A stretch of DNA of 64,000 nucleotides from an uncultured Coriobacteriaceae bacterium (lineage in GTDB: Bacteria > Actinomycetota > Coriobacteriia > Coriobacteriales > Atopobiaceae). The stretch covers positions 5,332-69,331 of the forward strand of contig CANEFS010000002.1 of NCBI GenBank assembly GCA_947426865.1, given 5' to 3'. This document shows, one piece after another, positions 1 to 8,528 of this stretch. The notes under the pieces were generated by a model, which had not been told where the DNA came from, searched no databases, and saw nothing but the letters and a program-made list of their open reading frames with translations. Position numbers and translations under genes: made by a program. Positions within the stretch are counted from its first letter, which is position 1; every line of letters begins with the position of its first letter.

Positions 1-2
1 CG

Positions 3-899
3 GGACATGCCGCTGCTCGCTCTCGTGCGCGCTCCTATTTCAGCGCTCCCGAGAAGTTCATCCAGCAAGTTGACGGCATCGATTTCTACCACTTCCTCTG
101 CAAGCTTCTCGCTCACTGGGACAAGCGCGCCCGGGCAACGTGCGAAATTTTGCACAACATCCAGGGCCGCCTTTTCAAGACGAACGGCGCCTCTGTAAGC
201 TTTGCGGGCAAGCGCGATGACTTGAAGCGTTTCTGGGAAGTCGCCGGAAACCTGGGCTTTGTCGACGACGGATTCCCCACAAAAAACCAGCTCACAGTAG
301 AGATTGGCGAAACGCAAAACGAAGGCTTCGTCGTTCCTGCCAACGTGTGCTTCTGCTCGCTTGCCTCCCCAGGCGCCCTTTTAGCCGACCCGTTGCATTT
401 CTCGGGAAAATGGTTGGTGGCCGCGCGCGCAATAAGTTATGACTACCTCTGGAACGAGGTCCGCGTTTTGGGCGGTGCGTACGGCGCGGGCTTTGGAGCG
501 ACCGCCGACTCCCTGATGAGTTTCTACTCCTACCGCGACCCCGCCATCGACCCCACCCTCAAGCGCTTCAAGCAAACGGGCGCTTGGCTTTCCAGCTTTA
601 GCCCGACGAAGCGCGACGAGGAAGGCTACGTGGTCGCGACGGTGGCCGCCCTTGACAATCCCAAGAAGCCGCGTCAGATAATGCTTACCAAAGATCATCT
701 GCGCATGTGCCACTTCCCCGCCGATTGGGAGCAAACGGTGCGCGCAGAAGCCCTTCACACGACGACTGAGGATATTCAGGCGCTCGCGCCAACGCTGCAA
801 GACGCACGTGACACAAATGGCGTGTGTGTAATTGGTGGGTCTGAATTTTTTGAGAAGTCCTCGGCCGACTTGCATGTCGAGAAACTCTTAGGCCGCTAA
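3..899 (+). CDS. M16-family (insulinase/PreP-like) zinc peptidase, C-terminal fragment; the 5' end lies outside the window
   Basis: Frame 3 is open from the window edge to TAA 897-899. The tail (LGGAYGAGF, SFYSYRDP, VATVAALDNPKKPRQ) resembles the C-terminal domain of M16C peptidases. Confidence 0.7.
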   Translation, partial: GHAAARSRARSYFSAPEKFIQQVDGIDFYHFLCKLLAHWDKRARATCEILHNIQGRLFKTNGASVSFAGKRDDLKRFWEVAGNLGFVDDGFPTKNQLTVEIGETQNEGFVVPANVCFCSLASPGALLADPLHFSGKWLVAARAISYDYLWNEVRVLGGAYGAGFGATADSLMSFYSYRDPAIDPTLKRFKQTGAWLSSFSPTKRDEEGYVVATVAALDNPKKPRQIMLTKDHLRMCHFPADWEQTVRAEALHTTTEDIQALAPTLQDARDTNGVCVIGGSEFFEKSSADLHVEKLLGR

Positions 900-916
900 G
901 AACCTAAGGCGAACGC

Positions 917-2776
917 GTGAAGGTTTATTACGGTTGCAAATACGCTCCGCTGGAGCTCATTGAGGCGTGCGGGGCTACGGCCTGCGCGTCCGCCTTTGAG
1001 TCCGTAAGCTTTGAGGCGGCAGAGGCAAAAATAACCCCAAATATCTGCGGTTATGCAAAGTCGCTCATCACCTTTGCGCTCTCTGGAGAAATTGAGGCTC
1101 TTGCCCTCACGACCTGTTGCGATGCGATGCGGCGCGCTTTCGACGTCCTTCAAAAGGAGATGGAGGCAGGCCGCACGAATCTGAAATTTCTCTATCTTTT
1201 GGACCTTCCTCACGGAACCGACGAAGCCTCTTCCGAGCGCTACGGGCGCGAGCTTGAGAAATTCCAGCGTGCCCTTTCAACTTTTCTCGAGAAACCCTTC
1301 GATAAAAAGAAGTTCCTTCTTGCCTGGGAAAACGCCGCTTCCGGCGCGATCGGCGCGACCGATGCGACCGATGCGACCGGCGCGAACGGGGCACCTAAGA
1401 AACCGGTCTTTCTTTTAGGCGCACACGCCACACCATCCCTTGTTGAGCTTGCAGAAGATGCGTTTGGCGCAAATCTTTTAAATCTCACGTGCTCAGGCGC
1501 GCGAAATTTGCCCTCGCCTCCCCGCGATTTTCTTCGTGAAGAAAAAGACGGCAAGAAGGAGGGATGCAAAGGCACCTGCCTCAACACCGAGCAAAATCGA
1601 GGCGATCAAGCTCAAGCTCGCAAAGATAAACCGCCTCAAGAAAAGTCCCTTTTCACGACCTACGCCGCCTCGCTCCTTAAGCAAACTCCCTGCTACCGCA
1701 TGATAAATCCGGTCAAGCGCCAAGAGTTTCTCGAAGAAATGCAGAAGGGCACAAACGCCAAAGGGGCCATCTTTCACACCATGAAATTCTGCGACTTTTA
1801 CGGCTTTGAGCATCTTCAAATGGCAAAGGGCCCTGAGCAAAAACTGGCCCTAAACGTCGTGCGCGTGGAGACAGAAGGCACCCCGCAAAGCGCCGGGCAA
1901 ATCAAGACGCGCCTGCAAGCTTTTGCCGAATCCGTTGAGGTTCAGGCGGCTGCGCACAAGAAGAAAAAGGACGATACTATGCCTACTTTTGTGATGGGAA
2001 TCGACTCTGGTTCCACCTCCACCGACGCCGTGATTCTCGACGAAAACAAAAACCTCGTCGCCTCCTGCATCATGCCAACCGGTGCCAATGCCTCGAAAAA
2101 CGCTGAGGCCGCCCAAGCAAAAGTGCTGGAAGAAGCTGGGGTTTCTCGGGATGATTTGGCACTTACCGTGGCCACTGGCTATGGCCGAGAAGCCATTTCA
2201 GGAGTCGACACCGCCATCACAGAAATCACGTGCCACGCCAAAGGCGCGCACTTCCTCTCTCCTGAGGCGCGCACCATCGTCGACATCGGCGGGCAAGACT
2301 CGAAAGTTATTCGCATTGATGAGCGGGGAAACGTTGAGACGTTTGTCATGAACGACAAGTGCGCCGCCGGGACGGGACGCTTTTTGGAAACGCTTGCTCG
2401 GACGATGGAGATGTCGCTTGAGGATTTTGCAAACGCCGCTCTTAAGTGGAAAAAGGGAAAGTCACACGACGTGACCATCTCTTCGATGTGCACCGTTTTT
2501 GCCGAATCGGAAGTTGTCTCTTTGGTGGCTAAAAACGAAGACTCGGTTGATATCATTCACGGACTGAACAAAAGCGTGGCTCAAAAAACCGCGAGCCTCG
2601 CCAAGCGTGCAAAAGCGGAAGGCCCCTATCTTATGACAGGCGGGGTGGCTAACAATAAAGGTGTGGTGGCCGCTCTTGAAGAAGCGTTCGGCGCGCCGGT
2701 GGTCACGCATGTAGAAGCCCAGCTCGCAGGCGCTCTGGGCGCTGCCTTTCTGTGCTTAGAAGTGCTTGAAAAGTAG
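917..2776 (+). CDS. Fusion protein: N-terminal 2-hydroxyacyl-CoA dehydratase/double-cubane-type (HGD-D family) Fe-S domain plus C-terminal BcrAD/BadFG/HgdC-type ATPase activase
   Basis: GTG start with AAGG 7 nt upstream. N-terminal HGD-D-like Cys motifs: YYGCKYAPLELIEACG, NICGYAKS, TTCCDAMRR, MKFCDFYG. C-terminal activase motifs: MGIDSGSTSTDAVILD, ITCHAKGAHF, VDIGGQDSKVI, NDKCAAGTGRFLE. Confidence 0.85.
   Translation: MKVYYGCKYAPLELIEACGATACASAFESVSFEAAEAKITPNICGYAKSLITFALSGEIEALALTTCCDAMRRAFDVLQKEMEAGRTNLKFLYLLDLPHGTDEASSERYGRELEKFQRALSTFLEKPFDKKKFLLAWENAASGAIGATDATDATGANGAPKKPVFLLGAHATPSLVELAEDAFGANLLNLTCSGARNLPSPPRDFLREEKDGKKEGCKGTCLNTEQNRGDQAQARKDKPPQEKSLFTTYAASLLKQTPCYRMINPVKRQEFLEEMQKGTNAKGAIFHTMKFCDFYGFEHLQMAKGPEQKLALNVVRVETEGTPQSAGQIKTRLQAFAESVEVQAAAHKKKKDDTMPTFVMGIDSGSTSTDAVILDENKNLVASCIMPTGANASKNAEAAQAKVLEEAGVSRDDLALTVATGYGREAISGVDTAITEITCHAKGAHFLSPEARTIVDIGGQDSKVIRIDERGNVETFVMNDKCAAGTGRFLETLARTMEMSLEDFANAALKWKKGKSHDVTISSMCTVFAESEVVSLVAKNEDSVDIIHGLNKSVAQKTASLAKRAKAEGPYLMTGGVANNKGVVAALEEAFGAPVVTHVEAQLAGALGAAFLCLEVLEK
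1345..1389 (+). repeat. In-frame imperfect 9-nt tandem repeat (5 units, gcgaccgat-like) encoding (A-I/T-G/D)n inside the HGD-D domain linker
   Basis: Units read directly: gcgatcggc gcgaccgat gcgaccgat gcgaccggc gcgaacggg. Protein: GAIGATDATDATGANG. Confidence 0.8.
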
Positions 2777-2859
2777 CTTGGGGAAGCGGCCGGGGAAGCC
2801 TTCTTAGACAGCTGCGCTAAAACCCTTTCAATCGCCTATGCAAGCACGCTCTCAGACGC

Positions 2860-3843
2860 CTACGCCAGCACCTTCAATCCCTCAAGATTTTCGAAGTCGG
2901 CAAACTTTACGGTTTGCACGGCCGGCTCGTCGTAGGTGTTGTAGAAATAGGTCTTCTGGCCGTCGTTGTATCCTGCGCTATAAAGCGTAATCTCATAATC
3001 GCCGTTCTCTTGCTTACAATAACCCTTCACCATCGAGACGGCCTCAAGCGTTTTTAAGAGACGCGTATTGTTATCAGCCGAGCCGGTTTGCTCGGGATAT
3101 TGGGCGTTTAAAATGGCAACGCGCACAAACCGAGAGATTGCAGAAGGATCTCCGGGAAGCCCCGCCATCTGGGGACCGACGCCCAAAGCATCAACGGTGG
3201 CCTCCCTCATCTTGATGGGGTTGCACCAATCGCTTGTGAGGTTGATGTATTGGTGAATGTTGCTTTTGTGGAACGCGAAATCTGGCTGGTTCGTCAGAAC
3301 ATCGAAAGGGTCGTCATAGACGCGAAGAATGGGCTCGGTGCCGTCGATGCCGCCGCCAAACGAGGTTTGCTCGATAACGATGGAGCTTTCCTTATCTGCA
3401 ACAAACCAATGCATGGGCATAGGCGTTAGGTGAGGCGCCGCCTGGTCGTTTGTGATATTCAAGTTTGTGACAGTTTTTTTGACCTCGGCAACTGTTTTGA
3501 AGTTCGAGGTTATCCAAAGGGGAAGCTCGAAAGAAGTGATGTTGGTTTTGCCCTTCGCCGGTTCATTATACTGGCCGTATCCTGCGGCAAAAGAAAGACC
3601 GGCACAGTAGAGGCCGTCCTCACACGCCGCATCAAAAAAGAGCGGCAAGCCCGGAAGCTCGTCAACCACAATGCCCATTCCCACAATCTTTGCATGCGTC
3701 GTGAAATCCCCTTCATGACGAGAAGACCACGTGAAATCTTTACCAACAATCAGAGGCGTTTGCCCGTAACCGCGTCCCCAATCGAGGTTGCGCCCAGCAA
3801 CTAAATTTCCCTCATCGTCAGTAAAACGAACGGCAGTGCACAT
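2860..3843 (-). CDS. Choloylglycine hydrolase family protein (bile salt hydrolase / penicillin V acylase type Ntn hydrolase)
   Basis: Starts MCTAVRF (Cys2 nucleophile). GRNLDW, VLTNQPDF and SRFVRVA motifs are present. Close by eye to bifidobacterial BSH. RBS GGAGAAGCTT precedes the ATG. Confidence 0.88.
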   Translation of the reverse strand: MCTAVRFTDDEGNLVAGRNLDWGRGYGQTPLIVGKDFTWSSRHEGDFTTHAKIVGMGIVVDELPGLPLFFDAACEDGLYCAGLSFAAGYGQYNEPAKGKTNITSFELPLWITSNFKTVAEVKKTVTNLNITNDQAAPHLTPMPMHWFVADKESSIVIEQTSFGGGIDGTEPILRVYDDPFDVLTNQPDFAFHKSNIHQYINLTSDWCNPIKMREATVDALGVGPQMAGLPGDPSAISRFVRVAILNAQYPEQTGSADNNTRLLKTLEAVSMVKGYCKQENGDYEITLYSAGYNDGQKTYFYNTYDEPAVQTVKFADFENLEGLKVLA

Positions 3844-4013
3844 AAGCTTCTCCTTTTACTCAAAATTTTCAAGGCCAGAACGTAGCGGCCAAAGCTTCAA
3901 AACTTCTACCCCGTCCCCTGGAAACTTTCTTTTTTCCAGCCGAGAAAAGCCTACGGGGCGCGAGATTTAGAGGGCGTTTTTGAAGGTTTTCAGCAGCCCC
4001 GCACGAGAGGGGC

Positions 4014-5150
4014 TTAAGGGTGCGAAACGATCAGCTCAGCGTTGCCTACAAAATTCAAAGAGGAGACGCATGCGGGACAGATGAAGTGGTCACCTTTTGC
4101 AAGCCGCACGCGCTCTGGGGGCGCCTGCGGCTTCTCAGAAACAGCACTTTCGGCAGGGGCAGAGGCGCCAACTTCAACGGGTTTCTCGGCGGCGGCAATC
4201 TCAACGACAGCCTCGCCAACAATAACAGAGACACAAAGGAAGCCTGCCTCGTTTTGAATCTTGATATTTTGCGAGTCTTGCGAGCCCTGCGCATCCTTGG
4301 CCCCTTCTGAACCTCCCGAAAGCGCGACGTGCGAGACCGTGTAATTGTCGTTTTTCTCAAGGAGCGTCACGCCATTTTCGGAAAGCTGAAGCGCGCCGTC
4401 GAAGATCAAGGGACGCTCAAAATCGATAACGTCAAGCGACTGCTGAATGTGCAAAGGGCGAGGATTTCCCGCATCATCAAGGCGGTCGTAATCGTAAAGG
4501 CGATACGTCACGTCAGAGGACTGCTGCGTTTCAAGCACCATCGTACCTCCCTTGATGGCGTGGACCGTACCCGGATCAATCTGGAAAAAATCGCCCTTCT
4601 TGATAGGAATCTCATTTAAGAGATCGTCCCATTTGCCCTGTGCCATAAGCTCTTCAAACTCCGCCTTTGAACTGGCCTTTTGCCCCACCACAATCGTGGC
4701 CCCAGGATCTGCCGCAAGAACGTACCAGCATTCTTGCTTGCCCAGCGAACCGTTTTCGTGCCTGTCCGCATATGCGTCGTCCGGGTGAACCTGCACCGAC
4801 AAATCAGCGTCGGCATCGATAATTTTCACCAACAAAGGAAATGGTTCTTTTTCATGCTGAAATATGAGCTCGCCGGCGCTTGCGTTTTCAGCTCCCGAGA
4901 AAAGCCGCGGGTCGCGATTCCAAACTTCCGACAGATAGGCGCCTTTGTGCGCCCCGTTTATCACTTTGCAATCGCCATGAGGGTGCGCAGAAATCGCCCA
5001 GCACTCGCCGATAGGGCCGTCGGGGATGGCGTAGCCGAACTCGGTTTCAAGGCGACGGCCACCCCAGATTTTCTCGAGAAAAACTGGCTGCATAAAGAGC
5101 AAGTTTTGCGATTCTTCTTTTGAGAGGGGCTCAGAGATCTTGGGCGTCAT
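4014..5150 (-). CDS. manA: Class I mannose-6-phosphate isomerase with a ~60-aa C-terminal extension
   Basis: EKIWGGRRL, ECWAISAHPHGD, QVHPDD, QECWYVL and DYDR motifs. AAGGTG RBS. Confidence 0.88.
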   Translation of the reverse strand: MTPKISEPLSKEESQNLLFMQPVFLEKIWGGRRLETEFGYAIPDGPIGECWAISAHPHGDCKVINGAHKGAYLSEVWNRDPRLFSGAENASAGELIFQHEKEPFPLLVKIIDADADLSVQVHPDDAYADRHENGSLGKQECWYVLAADPGATIVVGQKASSKAEFEELMAQGKWDDLLNEIPIKKGDFFQIDPGTVHAIKGGTMVLETQQSSDVTYRLYDYDRLDDAGNPRPLHIQQSLDVIDFERPLIFDGALQLSENGVTLLEKNDNYTVSHVALSGGSEGAKDAQGSQDSQNIKIQNEAGFLCVSVIVGEAVVEIAAAEKPVEVGASAPAESAVSEKPQAPPERVRLAKGDHFICPACVSSLNFVGNAELIVSHP

Positions 5151-5166
5151 GAAAACACCTTTCTTA

Positions 5167-5263
5167 TGTTGGCTTTTGCTAGTTTATTGGTCTTTGATAG
5201 CTTGTTGGCTTTTTCAGCTTGTTGGCTTGTTGGTCTTGGCTAACTTGTCAGCTCTTTGTTGGC
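5167..5263 (-). repeat. Array of about 6-7 direct copies of GCCAACAA (minus-strand sense; TTGTTGGC on plus) filling the tgt-manA intergenic region
   Basis: Copies read at 5167-5173, 5202-5209, 5219-5226, 5227-5235 (variant), 5256-5263. Degenerate copies at 5185-5192 and 5245-5252. Confidence 0.75.
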
Positions 5264-5264
5264 T

Positions 5265-6404
5265 TTAAAAATCGTTGGCGGCAAGGCTTACCAAAAAGGC
5301 AGTCAAAAACTCCTGGTAGGAGCCGGCGATAATGGCCTCGCGCGCTTCTCGCATAAGATTGAGCAGGTAGTGGATGTTGTGCACGGAAAGCATCTCTGCC
5401 CCCAGCATCTCCTTCTGCTTCTCCAAATGGTGCAGATAAGCCTTGCTGTAACCGGTCGTGCAAACCGGGCACGTGCAGTTCTCGTCTAAAACACCGCTGT
5501 CTTCCTCGTATTTTGCATGTTTCAAATTAATGCGGCCCTGCGACGAAAACGCTGTCCCCATCCGAGCGGTGCGCGTCGGCAAAACGCAATCGAACATGTC
5601 AATGCCAGAAGCAACCGCGCGCAAAAGCGTCGTCGGGTTGCCCACCCCCATCAAATACCGGGGCTTTTCTTTTGGCATGAACTTCTCGCAAAAGGGCGAC
5701 AACGTCTCAAACATCGTCTCGTGGTCCTCTCCTACCGAGAAACCCCCAATGCCGTAGCCCGGAAAACCGCCGATTTTCTCGAGCGCTTCAATCGACTGAC
5801 GGCGAAGGTCCAGATGCATCCCTCCCTGCACGATACCAAAGAGCGCTTGGTCTTTTTTTGTGTGCGCTGCCTTACAGCGAGCCGCCCAGGCGCTAGAAAG
5901 CTCGACGGCACGCTTGACCTTCTCGCGAGAGGCGGGGAAAGGCGGGCAAACGTCGAGCTGCATGCAGATATCTGCGCCTAAGAGCTGCTGGATTTCCATG
6001 TTTTTCTCGGGAGTCCAAGTGGTGTGAGCTCCGTCGTAGTCAACGGATCGAAACGTGATGCCATCGTCTGAAAGTTTCATGTGCTCGGCGAGACTGAAGA
6101 CCTGAAAGCCACCGGAGTCGGTAAGGATGGGACCGTCCCATTTCTCGAAGTTGTGAAGGCCGCCAAGGCGAGCGATGAGGTCTGCTCCCGGGCGCTGCGA
6201 GAGGTGATAGGTATTAGCAAGAATTATCTTTGCACCTGCAGCTTTGAGCTGATCTGCCCAGACGCCTTTAACCGTTGCCTTCGTGCCGACGGGCATAAAT
6301 ATGGGCGTGGGAATGTCACCGTGCGCTGTCTTAAAAACGCCAGCGCGCGCATGGGTTGTCGCGTCCGTCGCCTCAATCGTGTATGAAAAAAGCTCGTTTT
6401 CCAT
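5265..6404 (-). CDS. tgt: tRNA-guanine transglycosylase (queuine tRNA-ribosyltransferase)
   Basis: LANTYHL and DSGGFQV motifs. Zn site CTCPVC...H. ATG at 6404 is preferred; an alternative GTG lies at 6416. Confidence 0.93.
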   Translation of the reverse strand: MENELFSYTIEATDATTHARAGVFKTAHGDIPTPIFMPVGTKATVKGVWADQLKAAGAKIILANTYHLSQRPGADLIARLGGLHNFEKWDGPILTDSGGFQVFSLAEHMKLSDDGITFRSVDYDGAHTTWTPEKNMEIQQLLGADICMQLDVCPPFPASREKVKRAVELSSAWAARCKAAHTKKDQALFGIVQGGMHLDLRRQSIEALEKIGGFPGYGIGGFSVGEDHETMFETLSPFCEKFMPKEKPRYLMGVGNPTTLLRAVASGIDMFDCVLPTRTARMGTAFSSQGRINLKHAKYEEDSGVLDENCTCPVCTTGYSKAYLHHLEKQKEMLGAEMLSVHNIHYLLNLMREAREAIIAGSYQEFLTAFLVSLAANDF

Positions 6405-6428
6405 CTGTGCTCTCACTTACGCAATCGC

Positions 6429-8441
6429 CTAATCAATCAGCATCGCGTCGCCAAACGAAAGCATGCGGTATTTTTTCTCGATAGCTTCATGATAGGCGTC
6501 CATGATGTTGTCGCGTCCCGCAAACGCCGAGACAAGCATCATGAGCGTCGAGCGCGGCACGTGAAAGTTCGTAATCATAGCATCTACCACGTGAAACTTT
6601 GAGCCGGGAAGCAAGAAAAGGTCGGTAGTGGCATTCTCTTTTTTGACGATGTCTTGCGCGCGCGCGTCCCAAGCGGCTTCCAACGAGCGCACACTGGTCG
6701 TGCCCACCGCAATGACGCGCCCTCCTGCCGCCTTCGTCTTATGAACGGCGTCGACGACTTCTTGGGGCACGTGAAAGCGTTCCGTGTGCATTTGATGCTC
6801 GGTGGGGTCGTCTTCCTCTACCAGACGAAATGTGTCCACGCCGACCTCGAGTTCTACGAAGCTTACGTTGACGCCCTTCGCTTTGATTTTCTCGAGAAGT
6901 TCTGGCGTGAAGTGAAGGCCTGCCGTAGGAGCAGCGGCACTGTGCTCTTGCTCCATTGCATAAACCGTCTGGTAGAGCGCCGGATCTCCCTGGTAGTTGG
7001 GGATGTAGGGAGGCAGCGGCACGGCTCCGATGGCGTGGATTGCCTCGTCGAGGGTGGTTGGCGCTTTTGCGTTGTCCGCGGGAGTTGCCCCGTCGAGAGT
7101 AGCCGGCTGATCAGAGGTGGCGGAGTCGGCAGGACAGCCTGGAGAGATTGAGTCTGCGGAGCTTTCAGGCAGCGAGAAGCGAATGAGGCGCGCGCCTTTG
7201 TTGTGAGGAACGTAGCCCTCGACCGTTGCGCGCAAAATAACAGGAGCCCCATTAGGTGCGTGAGCTCCTCCCGCGCGGTACTCAATGACGGCACCTTCTT
7301 TCAGACGACGCCCTGGATTCACGAGCGCTTCCCATACAAAACCGTGCGGATCAAGGTCTTCCCGCTTGTTAAGAAGAAGAGTCTCTGCCACGCCTCCTGT
7401 TGGTTTTTTCCCTATAAGACGCGCAGGTAAAACGCGTGTTTTGTTGGCAACAAGCAAATCTCCCGGATTGAGATAGTCAATGATGTCAGTGAAGATTTTA
7501 TGCTCATGCGTGTTGTCCGCTCGGTGCAAAACGAAGAGGCGACAAGAGTCGCGCGGCGTGGTGGGAAATTGCGCGATGCGCTCTTCCGGGAGGTCGTAAT
7601 CGAAATCATCGGTGCGAAGCGTTGGCTTCTTAGGCTGGGAAGTTTCTCTCGGTGCATCCTCGTGCGTTTCCTGCTGATTCTCTTTAAGAGCTAGCTCCTG
7701 CTTCTGCTTGCGCGCTTGCTGGCGAGCCTCCTTGCGCGCCTTCTTCTCCAAGGCCGCCTCCGAGACGCTGAAACGACATCCGCAATATTTTTGTCGGTAC
7801 ATCCCCAGCGCGCGCGAGCGTCGGGTGGCTTCGGGATAGTGTTCCCTGAAATCGCGCCAAACAGGCTGCATGCCGTGCGCAGCGGCCGCATTTACCACTT
7901 CTTCGGCGCAGACCTCAAAATGCTGGTAAGGCGAGACGGCAAGCGTTGTCGAGAAAAGCTTGAAGCCGCGCGCCGCTGCCTCGCGCGCGCTCTCCTCTAA
8001 GCGAAGCGCATAGCATTCACGGCAACGATTTTCTCTGAGCGTCTTATCTGTTTTGAAAAGGGCTTTTTTCGCCTTGGGAGCAACGCGCTTCTCCCACAGT
8101 TCGCGAAGTTGGGCTTGGTGGGTGTCGTCGGCTTCGCAATTGATGACCTCGATATCGTTTTCCTTTGCCCAGGTGAGAAGCGTATCTAGGCGGCGGTCGT
8201 ACTCATCTTGTGGTTGAATGTTGGGGTTTGACCAGAAAATCGTTGGCTCAAAACCCTCTTCGCGAAGAAGGCGCAGCGGCTCAAGCGAACAAGGGCCACA
8301 ACAGGCATGCAAAGCGAGCGGTTTAATCGCCGGATGCTGAACGCGAGCAGCGTGCTTTTTCATGGACGCCTTTGCGCCAGGCACTTTTTCCGCGCCCGTC
8401 AGCTTTTCTGCATCAATTTTTGAGTTGACCTTCTCGGCCAT
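6429..8441 (-). CDS. queA: Fusion of epoxyqueuosine reductase QueH (DUF208, N-terminal ~250 aa) and S-adenosylmethionine:tRNA ribosyltransferase-isomerase QueA (C-terminal ~380 aa)
   Basis: QueH motifs: HACCGPCS, CRECYALRL, YCGCRFS. A basic K/Q/E linker follows. QueA motifs: FDYDLPEERIAQFP, GLHFTPELL, VGTTSVRSLE. A single uninterrupted 670-codon ORF. Confidence 0.88.
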   Translation of the reverse strand: MAEKVNSKIDAEKLTGAEKVPGAKASMKKHAARVQHPAIKPLALHACCGPCSLEPLRLLREEGFEPTIFWSNPNIQPQDEYDRRLDTLLTWAKENDIEVINCEADDTHQAQLRELWEKRVAPKAKKALFKTDKTLRENRCRECYALRLEESAREAAARGFKLFSTTLAVSPYQHFEVCAEEVVNAAAAHGMQPVWRDFREHYPEATRRSRALGMYRQKYCGCRFSVSEAALEKKARKEARQQARKQKQELALKENQQETHEDAPRETSQPKKPTLRTDDFDYDLPEERIAQFPTTPRDSCRLFVLHRADNTHEHKIFTDIIDYLNPGDLLVANKTRVLPARLIGKKPTGGVAETLLLNKREDLDPHGFVWEALVNPGRRLKEGAVIEYRAGGAHAPNGAPVILRATVEGYVPHNKGARLIRFSLPESSADSISPGCPADSATSDQPATLDGATPADNAKAPTTLDEAIHAIGAVPLPPYIPNYQGDPALYQTVYAMEQEHSAAAPTAGLHFTPELLEKIKAKGVNVSFVELEVGVDTFRLVEEDDPTEHQMHTERFHVPQEVVDAVHKTKAAGGRVIAVGTTSVRSLEAAWDARAQDIVKKENATTDLFLLPGSKFHVVDAMITNFHVPRSTLMMLVSAFAGRDNIMDAYHEAIEKKYRMLSFGDAMLID

Positions 8442-8450
8442 AGAAGTTCG

Positions 8451-8492
8451 CTCCTAGCAAAACTTGCCTTTTTTAGCTAGAATTTTAAGGCA
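8451..8492 (-). promoter_or_regulatory. Candidate preQ1-I-like pseudoknot (riboswitch-like element) in the queH-queA 5' leader, overlapping the SD
   Basis: Minus-strand RNA reads UGCCUU-AAAAUU-CUAG-CUAAAA-AAGGCA-AGUUUUG-CUAG-GAG. It has a perfect 6-bp P1, and the loop CUAG is complementary to the CUAG fused to SD AGGAG, 9 nt before the ATG. Confidence 0.35.
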
Positions 8493-8528
8493 TTTTAATT
8501 GAATAAACAGGTCAAACGAAGGCTTTCC

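Noticed and set aside
3994-4015. The AGCCCC-gcacgaga-GGGGCT hairpin at the manA stop, read as a terminator.
   Set aside because: It overlaps the stop codon and is not followed by a U-run on the minus strand. BSH may be co-transcribed, or termination may be factor-dependent.
8499-8528. Upstream-extended ORF starts given in the six-frame track: metG TTG 8499, polymerase TTG 10795, folA 48341, rmuC 52489, tatA 63974, nadK 21408, tlyA 22369 and agaS 50246.
   Set aside because: In each case an internal ATG coincides with the conserved protein N-terminus and has a better-placed SD. The extensions overlap promoters, operators or neighbouring genes.
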